In this document: positions 49,101 to 57,802 of the stretch, in pieces
Layout of the letters: each line of letters starts with the position of its first letter
Numbering within the stretch: position 1 is the first letter of the stretch
DNA from: Myxococcota bacterium
GTDB lineage: Bacteria > Myxococcota_A > UBA9160 > UBA4427
Assembly: GCA_965250285.1 (NCBI GenBank)
Contig: OZ252299.1
Span: 5,728,001 to 5,792,000 of the forward strand
Length of the DNA stretch: 64,000 bases
Direction: 5' to 3'
The notes under the pieces: model-generated
The model's input: the letters and a program-made list of their open reading frames with translations, nothing else
What the model was told of the DNA's origin: nothing
Databases searched by the model: none
Position numbers and translations under genes: made by a program

Positions 49101-49361
49101 AGGCCGATCTTGCTCACGACGCTCACGACCGTCATGGCGCTGCTGCCGATGGCCTTCGGGCTACAGGGCGCGTCGAACACCTATGGACCCTTCGCGGCCG
49201 CGATCTCGTTCGGTCTGATCTTCGCGATGATGGGCACGCTCTTCGCCGTGCCCGTCGCGTACACGGTGATCATCGACGTCCAGGATTCGATCGCTGCTCG
49301 CTGGGCACGCCTGCGAGGCCGCGCGGCGCCCGACGGCGTCACTGCGACCGAGCGGGGGTAG
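46152..49361 (+). CDS. RND efflux permease (AcrB/MdtB family)
   Basis: 1069 aa; 'GMLVDDAIIVLENI', 'GVVVNDSLV', 'RFRPILLTTLTT'. Confidence 0.96.
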   Translation: MTLPEFSVRQTVLVNVLFFVCVLGGLAAFSRIPVEYYPDVALNSLGIETVWLGASAEEVERLVTQRIEEELATVENIKEMRSTSRADSSSILIDFDETLTDEEFESSVNDVRAALDRVVDLPSDAEEPYLFEIKATVPVAFVAITDEGDVGLVALREVARQVQRELAKLPGVQRVDVRGERDRELRVFVDRRAAARYGLTVPEITERIRRRNLNLPAGTFSSQAGEATVRAQGDYADVPEILDTVVAENDGGTLVRLREVATVESGLEKARVTTYYNGSPAWLLEIQKKEDVDALEMVRRVDGWMEEKRAEIPPGIGLHKTLDSADFIRPRMRVLVDNLLAGVVLVIAILWFTIGFRNAVLTSIAIPFSFLTAMIFFPALGISINATTLMGMLLVSGMLVDDAIIVLENIYRRVEDGEPLRAAVLNGANEVMWPVICAVTTTIAAFAPLLLVEGTPGKFVSILPKAVVVCLIASLFECLIILPAHYLDFGSRKGAQAPSGEQPEGAFALFSHRVSGMRAATDRAIDAGRNLYSRALAPMLEFRWRFAIGLALLIFLTSSLAQHLDTVLFPGEYDTLNVLLETPPDYSLEQTAEVSERIQEPLIEYVGDTVKDVSFLVGTSVDSNYDRLAGPNLAMGFVIMDSSSGALEDAEQAFLDMNDDLMAWRERNPDGISELRLAPQQDGPPIGPPVEARIESADYRVGKAVAAEMKAYLHSLPGVLSIEDNLRLGPQEARVRLDEARAARYGVGFEHVARALRGANDGLIASSFRSTEIDEDIDIRVMLDERYRQSLGDLLDTELRAPTGALVKLRDVADVELTRGFLSFRRYDEKRTVSVYADVDTNVTTSIDVNKALQARFADVASRFPGVNIRYGGEFAEANEAFASLGAVFPVAFLAIYMILAALFRSYLQPLVVTAAIPFAFMGVIFGVALLDYDVSFILMYATIGLTGVVVNDSLVMVDFINRARDEGMPLRQAVRESGARRFRPILLTTLTTVMALLPMAFGLQGASNTYGPFAAAISFGLIFAMMGTLFAVPVAYTVIIDVQDSIAARWARLRGRAAPDGVTATERG

Positions 49362-49398
49362 CGAACGCGGTGCACTCCGCGTGGCACCGTTGCGACCG

Positions 49399-50187
49399 TC
49401 AGAGCTTCGAGCGGGGCATGTCGAAGTTGAGGGCGACCAGCCCGCCGTTCACACCGTAGATCTCGCCGGTCACGTAGCTGCTCGCGGGCGACGCGAGAAA
49501 GAGCGCACACGCGGCGATGTCCTCGACCTGGCCGAGGCGCGCGAGCGGCGTCTTGTCGATCATGATCTGTCGCGTCCGGTCGTCGAGGATGGTGCCGAGC
49601 GCCTCGGTCTCGACCGATCCGACCGCGATCGCGTTGACCCGCACCTTGGGCGCGAAATCCTGGGCCAGCTCCTGGGTCATGAAAGAGAGCGCCGCTTTCG
49701 CGGTGCCGTAGGCGACGAAGCCCGGCGAATTGTGACGGCCCGCCACTGAAGAGATGTTGACCACGGCGCCGCCGCCCGCGCTCTCGGCCATCTTCGGGAC
49801 CACGAGGCGCGTCAGCTCGAATGCCGAGGTGACGTTGAAGCGGAAGGCGGTCTCGAACTCTTTCTCGCTCGTGTGCAGCGCATCCTTCGGTGGCCAGCCG
49901 CCGGCGTTGTTCACGAGCACGTCGATGCGACCGAACTTCTGCATCGTGGCTTCGACCAACGCCTCGAGCTGGCCGTGCTTCGTCACGTCGCACGAGATGG
50001 CGAGGCCCTGGCGGCCACGCGCTTCGATCTCGCGCAGCGTGTCGTCGATCTGATCCTGGCTTCGAGCGCAGACGACGACGTCGGCGCCGGCGTCGGCGTA
50101 GGCGAGGGCGATGGCGCGACCGATCCCGCGGCCGCCTCCGGTCACGACGGCGACCTTGTCGTCGAGTCTGAAGCGATCGAGGATCAT
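49399..50187 (-). CDS. SDR oxidoreductase (7-alpha-hydroxysteroid dehydrogenase-like)
   Basis: Start MILDRF with AGGAG; TGGGRGIG, VNNAGG, YGTAK, 'VRVNAIAVG'. Confidence 0.93.
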   Translation of the reverse strand: MILDRFRLDDKVAVVTGGGRGIGRAIALAYADAGADVVVCARSQDQIDDTLREIEARGRQGLAISCDVTKHGQLEALVEATMQKFGRIDVLVNNAGGWPPKDALHTSEKEFETAFRFNVTSAFELTRLVVPKMAESAGGGAVVNISSVAGRHNSPGFVAYGTAKAALSFMTQELAQDFAPKVRVNAIAVGSVETEALGTILDDRTRQIMIDKTPLARLGQVEDIAACALFLASPASSYVTGEIYGVNGGLVALNFDMPRSKL

Positions 50188-50333
50188 GTGAGGGCTCCTT
50201 TGAGACCGCTTGCTCGGCGGGCGAATGGGGTCGGCCGAGTATAGTCTCGCTCGCTGCGAGAACGGCAGTCGAATCGGAGCGTCGGGCCAGGGGGACCTGC
50301 TTGCTGCGGGGCCTGCGCCAGGGAGATGCAAGC

Positions 50334-50960
50334 GTGTCCGGAACGGATGCTCGACGGGGTGGGGGTGAAGCGGGGGGCGCCCCCGGGCGCACGTGCGGTG
50401 CGTGCAGCCTCTGCTGCATCGCCCTGCGCGTCGACGAGCTGGGGAAGCTCGCCGGCGAGCCGTGTCCGAAGCTCGCTCCGGAAGGCGGATGTTCGATTCA
50501 CGCGACGCGGCCGGCCGTCTGCCGCGAGTATCACTGCCACTGGCTCGAGGGGGGGCTCGAGGCCGACGACCGGCCCGATCAGCTGGGCGCGATCGTCGAC
50601 TTCGCGCCGGGTGGGCTCTCGTTGCACCTCGCCATCGTAGAAGCGTCGCCCGGGGCCTTCGATGCGTCGCCGAGGCTGCGGGCCATCGCCGACGCGCACC
50701 GCGAGGCGGTCGACGTGCGCGTGACCGACACGCGGGACGTGCTCGACCCGGACCGACCGGTTCGGGTGCTGCAGGCCGGAGGGCGGGAGCTGTTGCTCGA
50801 GGGCGATCGTGTTCGCACCTTCGCAGCGGGCGAGCTCGTGTCGGACGAACGCCTCCCCCTCGTCGAGCGCGTCGTGCGCCGCTGGCAGCAGCGAATTCAG
50901 CGCTGGCGTTGGGACGCGCGCGCGGCCTCACGCCGCAAGGCCCTCGAGCGGCGCTCGTAG
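50334..50960 (+). CDS. YkgJ-like CxxCxxCC cysteine-cluster protein
   Basis: 'CGACSLCC', 'GCSIHATRPAVCREYHC'; GTG start after GGGAG. Confidence 0.8.
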   Translation: MSGTDARRGGGEAGGAPGRTCGACSLCCIALRVDELGKLAGEPCPKLAPEGGCSIHATRPAVCREYHCHWLEGGLEADDRPDQLGAIVDFAPGGLSLHLAIVEASPGAFDASPRLRAIADAHREAVDVRVTDTRDVLDPDRPVRVLQAGGRELLLEGDRVRTFAAGELVSDERLPLVERVVRRWQQRIQRWRWDARAASRRKALERRS

Positions 50961-50996
50961 TGCCCGCGCGGCGTTCGTGATGCCGGAGCGACGTTC

Positions 50997-51638
50997 GTGA
51001 CCCCGCGGCCCGAGCCGCCCTTCGCCGCGCGCCCCTTCGGTCGTGCGCTCGCGCTGCAGACGCCACCGCTCGTGCCCGAGCTTCGGCTCTGGCTGCTCGC
51101 CGAAGAGGTCGACCTCGAGGTCGCCTGCGCACCCTTCGACGACGACCACGCGCCGCCCTATTGGGCGTTCTGCTGGGGAGGCGGGCAGGCCCTGGCTCGG
51201 TGGCTGCTCGATCACCCCGAGCTCGTCCGTGATCGCACGGTCGTCGACCTCGGAACCGGCTCGGGCGTGGCTGCGATCGCGGCTGCGCGGGCGGGGGCTG
51301 CGCACGTCATCGGGGTCGACGTCGATCCCACGGCGCTCGAGGTCACGCGCGCGAACGCGGCCGAGAATGGCGTACAGGTCGACACGGCGGTGAAGCCGCC
51401 CGAGGCATGCGACCTGTTGGTCGCCAGCGACGTGCTCTATGAGGAAGGAGCACGACGGCGGGTGCTCGATCAGCAGCGGGCGCGGGATGGCGTGCTCGTC
51501 GCCGAGCCCGCGCGACCGGGCCTCGCCCCGCCGCCCCATGCGCCCATTCATACGTATGAGGTGCGGACCTTCCCCGACGTCGACTCGCCCACGGTGTCTG
51601 CGAGCGTCTACCGCTTCGCGTCAGGGGGGCCGGGGTAG
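50997..51638 (+). CDS. class I SAM-dependent (protein lysine-type, METTL20-like) methyltransferase
   Basis: 'PPYWAFCWGGGQALAR', 'DLGTGSG', 'DVDP', 'SDVLYE'. Confidence 0.9.
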   Translation: MTPRPEPPFAARPFGRALALQTPPLVPELRLWLLAEEVDLEVACAPFDDDHAPPYWAFCWGGGQALARWLLDHPELVRDRTVVDLGTGSGVAAIAAARAGAAHVIGVDVDPTALEVTRANAAENGVQVDTAVKPPEACDLLVASDVLYEEGARRRVLDQQRARDGVLVAEPARPGLAPPPHAPIHTYEVRTFPDVDSPTVSASVYRFASGGPG

Positions 51639-51649
51639 CCTCGCTCCTC

Positions 51650-51713
51650 GAGACGCTTTCGACGTGCTGCCGAAGCTCGAGGTTTCGAGCGATTCGGGAC
51701 AGCGAAGCGTCTC
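51650..51713. terminator. long imperfect hairpin between convergent genes
   Basis: gagacgctt...aagcgtctc outer stem enclosing gctcga-ggtt-tcgagc. Confidence 0.5.
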
Positions 51714-51732
51714 ACGGATGCGGTGTGCGGTG

Positions 51733-52548
51733 CTAGACGCGACCCAGGCGCAGCCGCAGCGCGTCGCGCCAAGGCCCGATCCACGACCAGGCGAAGGCCA
51801 GCAGCGGCGTCGCGAGACACAGCACGAGGAACACGCCCGCGATCAGCTCGACGCTCGACCCCAGGTGATCGCGGCCGAGCCGAGAGAAGTCCATCCAGTG
51901 GCCGCCGCCCTTGGCATCGGCGTACTGCTGACGCGCGAGGGCGCTCGTCGTGAGCCGCCACGCGAAGCCCGTGCTGTAGAACACGATGTAGAAGCCGATC
52001 CACGCGTAGAGGGGACGCTCGGCCGGATGCGTGCAGGCGCTGCCCGTGAACGCGCGCTGCAGAAAGATGAAGGCGAAGATCAGCTCGCCGCCGTGTCCCA
52101 TGGCGATGATGATCGCTTCGTGCGCGCCACTGAAGGCGAGCGCGGCGTAGAGCGCGGTGCTGCCGGCGACGAGGCCGAGGCTCAGCGCGTTCGAACGGAA
52201 GGCCCAGCCCACGGCGCCGAGCAGGCCCAGCACGGCGAAGACGATGATGCGAGACTGCGTGCCCGCGTGCGTCGTCACGCCGCCGCCGTATCGGAAGTCG
52301 AATGCGGGGATCGACGGGTAGCCGAAGAGCCAGCCGGCCGCGGCATGCCCCATCTCGTGCACCAGCACGACGAAGTACCCGATGATCATCTCGAAGAACG
52401 GAAGGACGAGCGTGGCGAGCGCGAGGCCGAGGCCGGCGCCCAGCGACCACCAGCCCGCCGCGTCGAGGCCGTGGGCGTCGTCTTCCATCTCGAGGGGCAT
52501 CTGCAGCGTTTGCTTCGGCTCATCGAACGGGGTCGGCGACGTGGTCAT
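51733..52548 (-). CDS. membrane protein with HEXXH (peptidase M50-like)
   Basis: Multi-TM; 'VLVHEMGHAA', 'GGGVT'; start about MTTSPT. Confidence 0.75.
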   Translation of the reverse strand: MTTSPTPFDEPKQTLQMPLEMEDDAHGLDAAGWWSLGAGLGLALATLVLPFFEMIIGYFVVLVHEMGHAAAGWLFGYPSIPAFDFRYGGGVTTHAGTQSRIIVFAVLGLLGAVGWAFRSNALSLGLVAGSTALYAALAFSGAHEAIIIAMGHGGELIFAFIFLQRAFTGSACTHPAERPLYAWIGFYIVFYSTGFAWRLTTSALARQQYADAKGGGHWMDFSRLGRDHLGSSVELIAGVFLVLCLATPLLAFAWSWIGPWRDALRLRLGRV

Positions 52549-52852
52549 GATCGTGCTCCAGGGTCCTTCTGTGTCTCGTCGGAAGCACTGTCGCTGGCTT
52601 GAGTCGTGATCTGCGAAACCGCGTCTGGGGCCTGCCTGGCGGCTCCGGGGCCTGTTCTCAGTGTTCTCTCTTTTGCAGAATCCGATCCATTCCGTTCGTG
52701 TCTCGCGCGAACGGCCGCGAGCCGACCTGGGTCTCGGGGCTGCGTGATATATTCGCGATCCGCCGCGGTCGCGCGCCGTGTCCGACTCTTGCTCCCGTGC
52801 TCGTGGAGCGGATGGGTGGCTGGAGCCTCGATTGCAGAGGCGGGAGCCTCGA

Positions 52853-53884
52853 GTGCAAAAGAGACACCCCCTCACCGGTGCGATCTATGAGGCGCTCGAC
52901 GAAGGGCGCGTGCGCGTCACCGACGGTGAGCAGAGCGGCGTGTACGATCAGCAGGGTCGCTGCGTCGAGGGCGACGTCTTCGACATCGACCCGCACCTGA
53001 TCACCTACGTGGGCGGACCGTCACTCAGGTCGCGGCCGAGCACGCGCCCTCGGGTGCGCAGCCGCGGCCCCAAGCATCAACCCCCGACGCTCGGCCAGGG
53101 CGCGGGCGGATCGAGGAGCAAAGACATGGATCTCGGACTTTCCGGACGCAAGGCGATCGTGACCGCCGCCAGCAAGGGCATCGGGCTCGCGATCGCCCAG
53201 ACGCTCGCCGACGAGGGTGTCGACGTCGCCATTTGTGCGCGCAGCGAGAGCGGTCTCGAGGCAGCGGCGAAGGATCTCGAGAGCCGAGGTGTGAAGGTCT
53301 TCACCCAGGCGGTCGACGTGGGGGACGGTGAGGCGCTGCGAGGCTTCGTGGATGCGGCGGCAGAGGCCCTCGGCGGACTCGACGTACTCGTCTGCAACGC
53401 GAGCGCCGGCTCGGGCAACGGCGACGAGTCGTGGCAGGCCAATCTCGACGTCGACGTCCTCGGCAGCGTGCGTGCGACCGAGGCAGCGGTGCCGCATCTC
53501 GCCGGCTCGGAAGGCGGGAGCGTCGTCTTCATTTCGAGCACGGCGGCCCTCGAGTTTCTCGGCGTGCCGCAGAGCTACAACGCGATGAAGGCCGCGTTGC
53601 TCGCTCACGCGAACGATCTCTCGCAGTCGCTCGCGCCCCAGGGCATTCGAGTGAATTCGGTTTCGCCGGGGCCCATCTTCTTCGAAGGCGGCAACTGGGA
53701 GATGATCAAGAACGTCGTGCCCCCGGTGTACGAGAACGCGCTCAAGCAGTGCGCAATCGGTCGCATGGGCGAACCCGAAGAGGTTGCGCGAGCTGTCGTC
53801 TTCCTCGCGAGCCCGGCGGCGAGCCTGATCACGGGCTCGAACCTCGTGGCCGACGGTGGCTTCACCAAGCGGGTCGCCTACTGA
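52853..53884 (+). CDS. SDR oxidoreductase (core from ATG 53126) preceded in frame by a small ~60-aa domain
   Basis: SDR 'TAASKGIG', 'YNAMK', 'IRVNSVSPG'; upstream in-frame 'RHPLTGAIYE...DPHLITYVGGP' with coding-like bias; own RBS GAGGAG before 53126. Confidence 0.85.
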   Translation: MQKRHPLTGAIYEALDEGRVRVTDGEQSGVYDQQGRCVEGDVFDIDPHLITYVGGPSLRSRPSTRPRVRSRGPKHQPPTLGQGAGGSRSKDMDLGLSGRKAIVTAASKGIGLAIAQTLADEGVDVAICARSESGLEAAAKDLESRGVKVFTQAVDVGDGEALRGFVDAAAEALGGLDVLVCNASAGSGNGDESWQANLDVDVLGSVRATEAAVPHLAGSEGGSVVFISSTAALEFLGVPQSYNAMKAALLAHANDLSQSLAPQGIRVNSVSPGPIFFEGGNWEMIKNVVPPVYENALKQCAIGRMGEPEEVARAVVFLASPAASLITGSNLVADGGFTKRVAY

Positions 53885-53909
53885 TCCGATCGAGCGAAAG
53901 GGTTCAGCC

Positions 53910-55262
53910 ATGGCGACGGCCAGCGATACGTCGGGGGGTGACGCGCGTTCGGGTGGCATCACCTATCAGGAGCTACTCGACCTCGAACGCGAGCGCGTGC
54001 CCGACGTGCTCCGCACCGAAGCGCCCTCGAACGTCGGTCCCCAGACCGTGCCGCGCTCGCACTACACGAGTCAGGCGTTTCACGACCTCGAGATGGAGAA
54101 GCTCTGGTCGCGCGTCTGGCAGATGGCGTGCCGCGAAGAGCAGATCCCCGAGGTCGGTGACCACACGATCTACGAGATCGGCGACCACTCGATCCTGATC
54201 GTGCGCTCGGCGCCCGATCGCATCCAGGCGTTCCAGAACGTCTGCCTGCATCGCGGCCGCCTGCTGCGCGAGCATCCGGGTCGGGCGCAGAAGTTTCGCT
54301 GCCCGTTTCACGGCTGGACCTGGGCGCTGGATGGAAAGCTGAGCGAGATCCCCTGCCGCTGGGATTTCCCGCATGTCGACCGAGACGACTTTCACCTGCC
54401 CGAATTGAAGGTGGGCCGGTGGGCCGGCTTCGTCTTCATCAACATGGACGCCGACTGCGAGCCCTTCGAGGACTGGATCGGCGTACTGCCCGAGCACTTT
54501 CGCCGCTGGCCGCTCGAGGATCGCTATCTCGAAGCGCACATCGCGAAGAAGCTGCCGTGCAACTGGAAGATCGCGCAGGAGGCCTTCATGGAGGCCTACC
54601 ACGTCGTCGCGACCCACCCGCATCTGATCGAGAGCCTCGGTGACTCGAACTCGCAGTACGACGTCTGGGGCAACGTATCGCGCGCAATGACGGCGAGCGG
54701 CATCGCGAGCCCGCACCTGCGCGACGTGAGCGAGCAGGAGATCCTCGATTCGATGGTCGGCCGCGGGCTCGATTCGCCGCCGTTCATGCAGGTGCCGGCC
54801 GGGATGACGGCGCGGCGTCTCATCGCCCAGACGATCCGCATGAATCTGGCGGGTTCGGTGCCGGGCTCGTTCGAGCTGACCGACGCCGAGCTCGTCGACT
54901 CGATCTACTACACGTTGTTTCCAAACTTCCATCCTTGGGGCGGCTACAGCAAGGTCAACTACCGCTTCCGGCCGCTCGGCAACGACCCCAATCGCTGCGT
55001 GATGGAGGTGTTCTTCCTCGCACCCTTCCGCGGCAAGCGCCCGCCGGCCGCCGACGTGCAGTGGATCGAAGAAGACGGCGACTGGACCGAGTGCATCGAG
55101 ATTGGTCCGCTCGCGAAGGTGTTCAACCAGGACACCTACAACATGCGAAACATCCAGCGTGGTCTGCGCGCCGCGCCCGATGGCCACGCCGTGTTCGCGC
55201 TCTACCAGGAGTCGAAGATCCGGCACTTCTGGCACCTCATGGAGCGCTGGATGGCCGCGTAG
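53910..55262 (+). CDS. Rieske non-heme iron oxygenase alpha subunit
   Basis: Rieske CLH...CPFH; mononuclear Fe 'EAYHVVATH'; 'NWK', 'QD'. Confidence 0.95.
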   Translation: MATASDTSGGDARSGGITYQELLDLERERVPDVLRTEAPSNVGPQTVPRSHYTSQAFHDLEMEKLWSRVWQMACREEQIPEVGDHTIYEIGDHSILIVRSAPDRIQAFQNVCLHRGRLLREHPGRAQKFRCPFHGWTWALDGKLSEIPCRWDFPHVDRDDFHLPELKVGRWAGFVFINMDADCEPFEDWIGVLPEHFRRWPLEDRYLEAHIAKKLPCNWKIAQEAFMEAYHVVATHPHLIESLGDSNSQYDVWGNVSRAMTASGIASPHLRDVSEQEILDSMVGRGLDSPPFMQVPAGMTARRLIAQTIRMNLAGSVPGSFELTDAELVDSIYYTLFPNFHPWGGYSKVNYRFRPLGNDPNRCVMEVFFLAPFRGKRPPAADVQWIEEDGDWTECIEIGPLAKVFNQDTYNMRNIQRGLRAAPDGHAVFALYQESKIRHFWHLMERWMAA

Positions 55263-55266
55263 CCGC

Positions 55267-55289
55267 GCTCGCTTCCCGGCGAAGCGAGC
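55267..55289 (+). terminator. GC-rich hairpin after the Rieske gene (no U-tract)
   Basis: gctcgcttc-ccggc-gaagcgagc. Confidence 0.4.
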
Positions 55290-55361
55290 GGGCTCCCCGT
55301 CGCGAGTTCGAACGTCTATCCTCGTGCGCCCGCGCGTCGTGCGCGGCGTCGAGGAGGCCCC

Positions 55362-56516
55362 ATGAGCGAGTGGATCTACACCGACGAAGCGCTGATCGAG
55401 GCGGCCCGAGAGAAGACCGGTCTCTCTGACTTCGGCGACGAATCGTTCCGAGCAGGGCTCACGATCCTCTGCGAGACGCTCGAGAAGAGCGCGGGCATGA
55501 GCGAGGCCGGGCGCGCGCAGAACTGGAAGCGATTCGAGAAGCTGCTTGAGATGCGGCTGAAGATTCAGGATGCGCTCAATCGGCACCCCGAGGTGCTCGA
55601 GCGCGAGATCCGTAAGCCGTTCTTCCTGACGGGGCTGCCGCGCACGGGCACGAGCGCACTCTTCAATCTGCTCGGCATGGATCCGGCCACCCGCCCGCTG
55701 CTGCTGTGGGAGAGCTTCTTCCCCGATCCGATCGAGGGGCATCCGAAGGGGGCGCCCGACCCGCGGCATCTCGCCATGCGCGCGGCGAACGAGCAGATGC
55801 GCGATCAGAACAAGGCGTTCTCGAAGATCCACGCGACGGGGGCCGACAAGCCCGAGGAGTGCGTGCTGCTCATGGCTGCGACCTTCGAGCACGTGCTGAT
55901 GGGCATCGAGCCGCTGATGGAGCCGTACCGGAGCTACTTCGAAGGGCTCGATCTGCACCGTGCCTACGCGTGGTATCGAGACGTGCTCAAGCTGCTCGAT
56001 TGGCAGCGTCCCGGGGATCGCTGGCTCCTCAAGTCGCCGGCGCACCTCTGGGCCCTCGACGTGATCGTCGATCAATACCCCGACGGTTGCGTGATCCTGA
56101 CCCACCGGAACCTGGCCGATGTGTTCGGGTCGTACTGCAGCATGATGAACGCGGTCTTCGCCATGAACAGCTGCACTCCGATCCCCGATCTCGGCCCGGT
56201 GGTGCTCGAGCACATCGCCACGTCGCTCGAGCGAGGCCTCGAGGCCCGCGAGCGCACCGACCCGAGCCGATTCATCGACGTGCGCTTCGACGACTTCGTC
56301 GCCGACAACATGGGGACGGTCGAGCAGATCTATGCGCATTTCGAGCTGCCCCTCGAAGGCGAGGCCCGCGAGACGATGGAGCGCTACGTCGCGGCCAACC
56401 CGATGGGGAAGCACGGCACGCACGAGTACGACCTCGAGCAGTACGGGCTGACGCTCGACATGATCCGCGCGCGGCTCGGCGATTACGCCGATCGATACGC
56501 GCTCGAGATCGGCTGA
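55362..56516 (+). CDS. PAPS-dependent sulfotransferase family protein
   Basis: 'TGLPRTGTS', 'WLLKSPAH', 'THR...SYCS'. Confidence 0.93.
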   Translation: MSEWIYTDEALIEAAREKTGLSDFGDESFRAGLTILCETLEKSAGMSEAGRAQNWKRFEKLLEMRLKIQDALNRHPEVLEREIRKPFFLTGLPRTGTSALFNLLGMDPATRPLLLWESFFPDPIEGHPKGAPDPRHLAMRAANEQMRDQNKAFSKIHATGADKPEECVLLMAATFEHVLMGIEPLMEPYRSYFEGLDLHRAYAWYRDVLKLLDWQRPGDRWLLKSPAHLWALDVIVDQYPDGCVILTHRNLADVFGSYCSMMNAVFAMNSCTPIPDLGPVVLEHIATSLERGLEARERTDPSRFIDVRFDDFVADNMGTVEQIYAHFELPLEGEARETMERYVAANPMGKHGTHEYDLEQYGLTLDMIRARLGDYADRYALEIG

Positions 56517-56528
56517 GCCCGCGCGCCC

Positions 56529-57797
56529 TCAGTCGTGGGTGTGGCCGATCGGCACGCCGAGGGCGATGCGGGCGAGGGTGCGGATCGCTTCGTCTTCATG
56601 CGCGCCGGCGAGTTCGATCAGCGCGGCTCGGGCGGGCTCGCCCATGACCGAGAGCGCGCCGACCGCCGAGCGGGCCGCCTCGGGTGAACCGGATCGGGCG
56701 ATCGCGACGAGCTCGGGCAGCGCCGGCTCGCCGAGCGTCGCCACGGCTTCGATCGCGACGCTTCGAACGCGGGGTGACTCGTCTTCGAAGGCGCGCTCCA
56801 CCTCGGGCAGGGCGGCGACGCCTCCGATTTCGATCCATCGCGCGAGCGCGACGGCGCGGACTTCGGGCGCCGGGTCGGACGCGACGAGCCCAGGGAGCAG
56901 GGCATGGCCGACGTCGCCGCGCGCGTGGCGGGCCGCGATGATGCGCGCTCGCTCGTCCTGCGACCGCACCAGCTCGGCGGCGAGATTGGCGTCGAGCTCG
57001 TCTTCGATGGCTGCGAGGGCCGCCCGCTGCGAGACGTGGGCGGCCGCGCCTGCATCGGCGATCGCGGAACGCAGCGGCACGGCGACCTCGCTCGGCCGCG
57101 ACCGGGCGAGCCAGGTGACCAGATCCTGCGTGACGGCGGGGGCGTCGCTTCGGCCGGCGACGGCCGCGAGCGCATCACACGCCTCGATCGGCAGCGGGCG
57201 GCTCGCGGCGGCGTAGGCGCGGCCGAGCCGTGCGATCGCGGCGCGCGCCAGGCCCGGCTCGGCGATGAGGGCCAGCTGGGCGAGGCGGGTGGTGCCCGCG
57301 TCCCCCGCCTTCGCGCCCGGCGCGAGCGCGAGATAGTGTGCGAGCAGATCGACCTCGGCGCGCGACGGACGCGCGAGCGAGGCAGCGCCGCCCCCTCCGA
57401 TCGCGACTACCCCCGCGCGGCGCGCGCCGTCAGGGATGCGCGTCTTCCAGATCGAAGCCGTGGGCAGCGGCGCGAGTGCGACGAGGGCGCGGTGACCCGG
57501 CGCGAAGCGCGCCGGCACGGTCAACCCGGGCTCCTCCCAGGCGAGCTCGATCGTGGTCTGCTCCGGCTCGCCGCCAGCGACCTGCTCTTCGACCCGAAAT
57601 CGACCGAGATGCGCGGAGTGGGCGAGCGGCTCGACCGATTCGAAGGTGCCGACGACGACCGACGGCGCGATCTCGAGCTGATCGATGAGGTCGAGGGGGA
57701 CTGGAGGCGCGGCGTTGGCCCACTCTGCGAGGAGGAGGCTCAGCGCGACCAGGCTCGTTCGAAGCCGAGCTGCGCGGACGTCGAGCGACGGGCTCAC
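56529..57797 (-). CDS. exported HEAT/PBS-lyase repeat protein
   Basis: Signal peptide (ANA-A); repeats 'DPAPEVRAVAL', 'DESPRVRSVAI', 'DEAIRTLAR'. Confidence 0.8.
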   Translation of the reverse strand: MSPSLDVRAARLRTSLVALSLLLAEWANAAPPVPLDLIDQLEIAPSVVVGTFESVEPLAHSAHLGRFRVEEQVAGGEPEQTTIELAWEEPGLTVPARFAPGHRALVALAPLPTASIWKTRIPDGARRAGVVAIGGGGAASLARPSRAEVDLLAHYLALAPGAKAGDAGTTRLAQLALIAEPGLARAAIARLGRAYAAASRPLPIEACDALAAVAGRSDAPAVTQDLVTWLARSRPSEVAVPLRSAIADAGAAAHVSQRAALAAIEDELDANLAAELVRSQDERARIIAARHARGDVGHALLPGLVASDPAPEVRAVALARWIEIGGVAALPEVERAFEDESPRVRSVAIEAVATLGEPALPELVAIARSGSPEAARSAVGALSVMGEPARAALIELAGAHEDEAIRTLARIALGVPIGHTHD

Positions 57798-57802
57798 GCA
57801 GC

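Noticed and set aside
50966..51000. Short direct repeat (cgttcgtga twice) at the methyltransferase start
   Set aside because: Only about 9-13 bp; could be chance
49399..51132. N-terminal extensions in the ORF track (also 6369-8423, 8062-9330, 9377-11587, 19085-21076)
   Set aside because: Extensions overlap other genes or repeats and lack codon bias; starts were trimmed to RBS- or domain-supported codons
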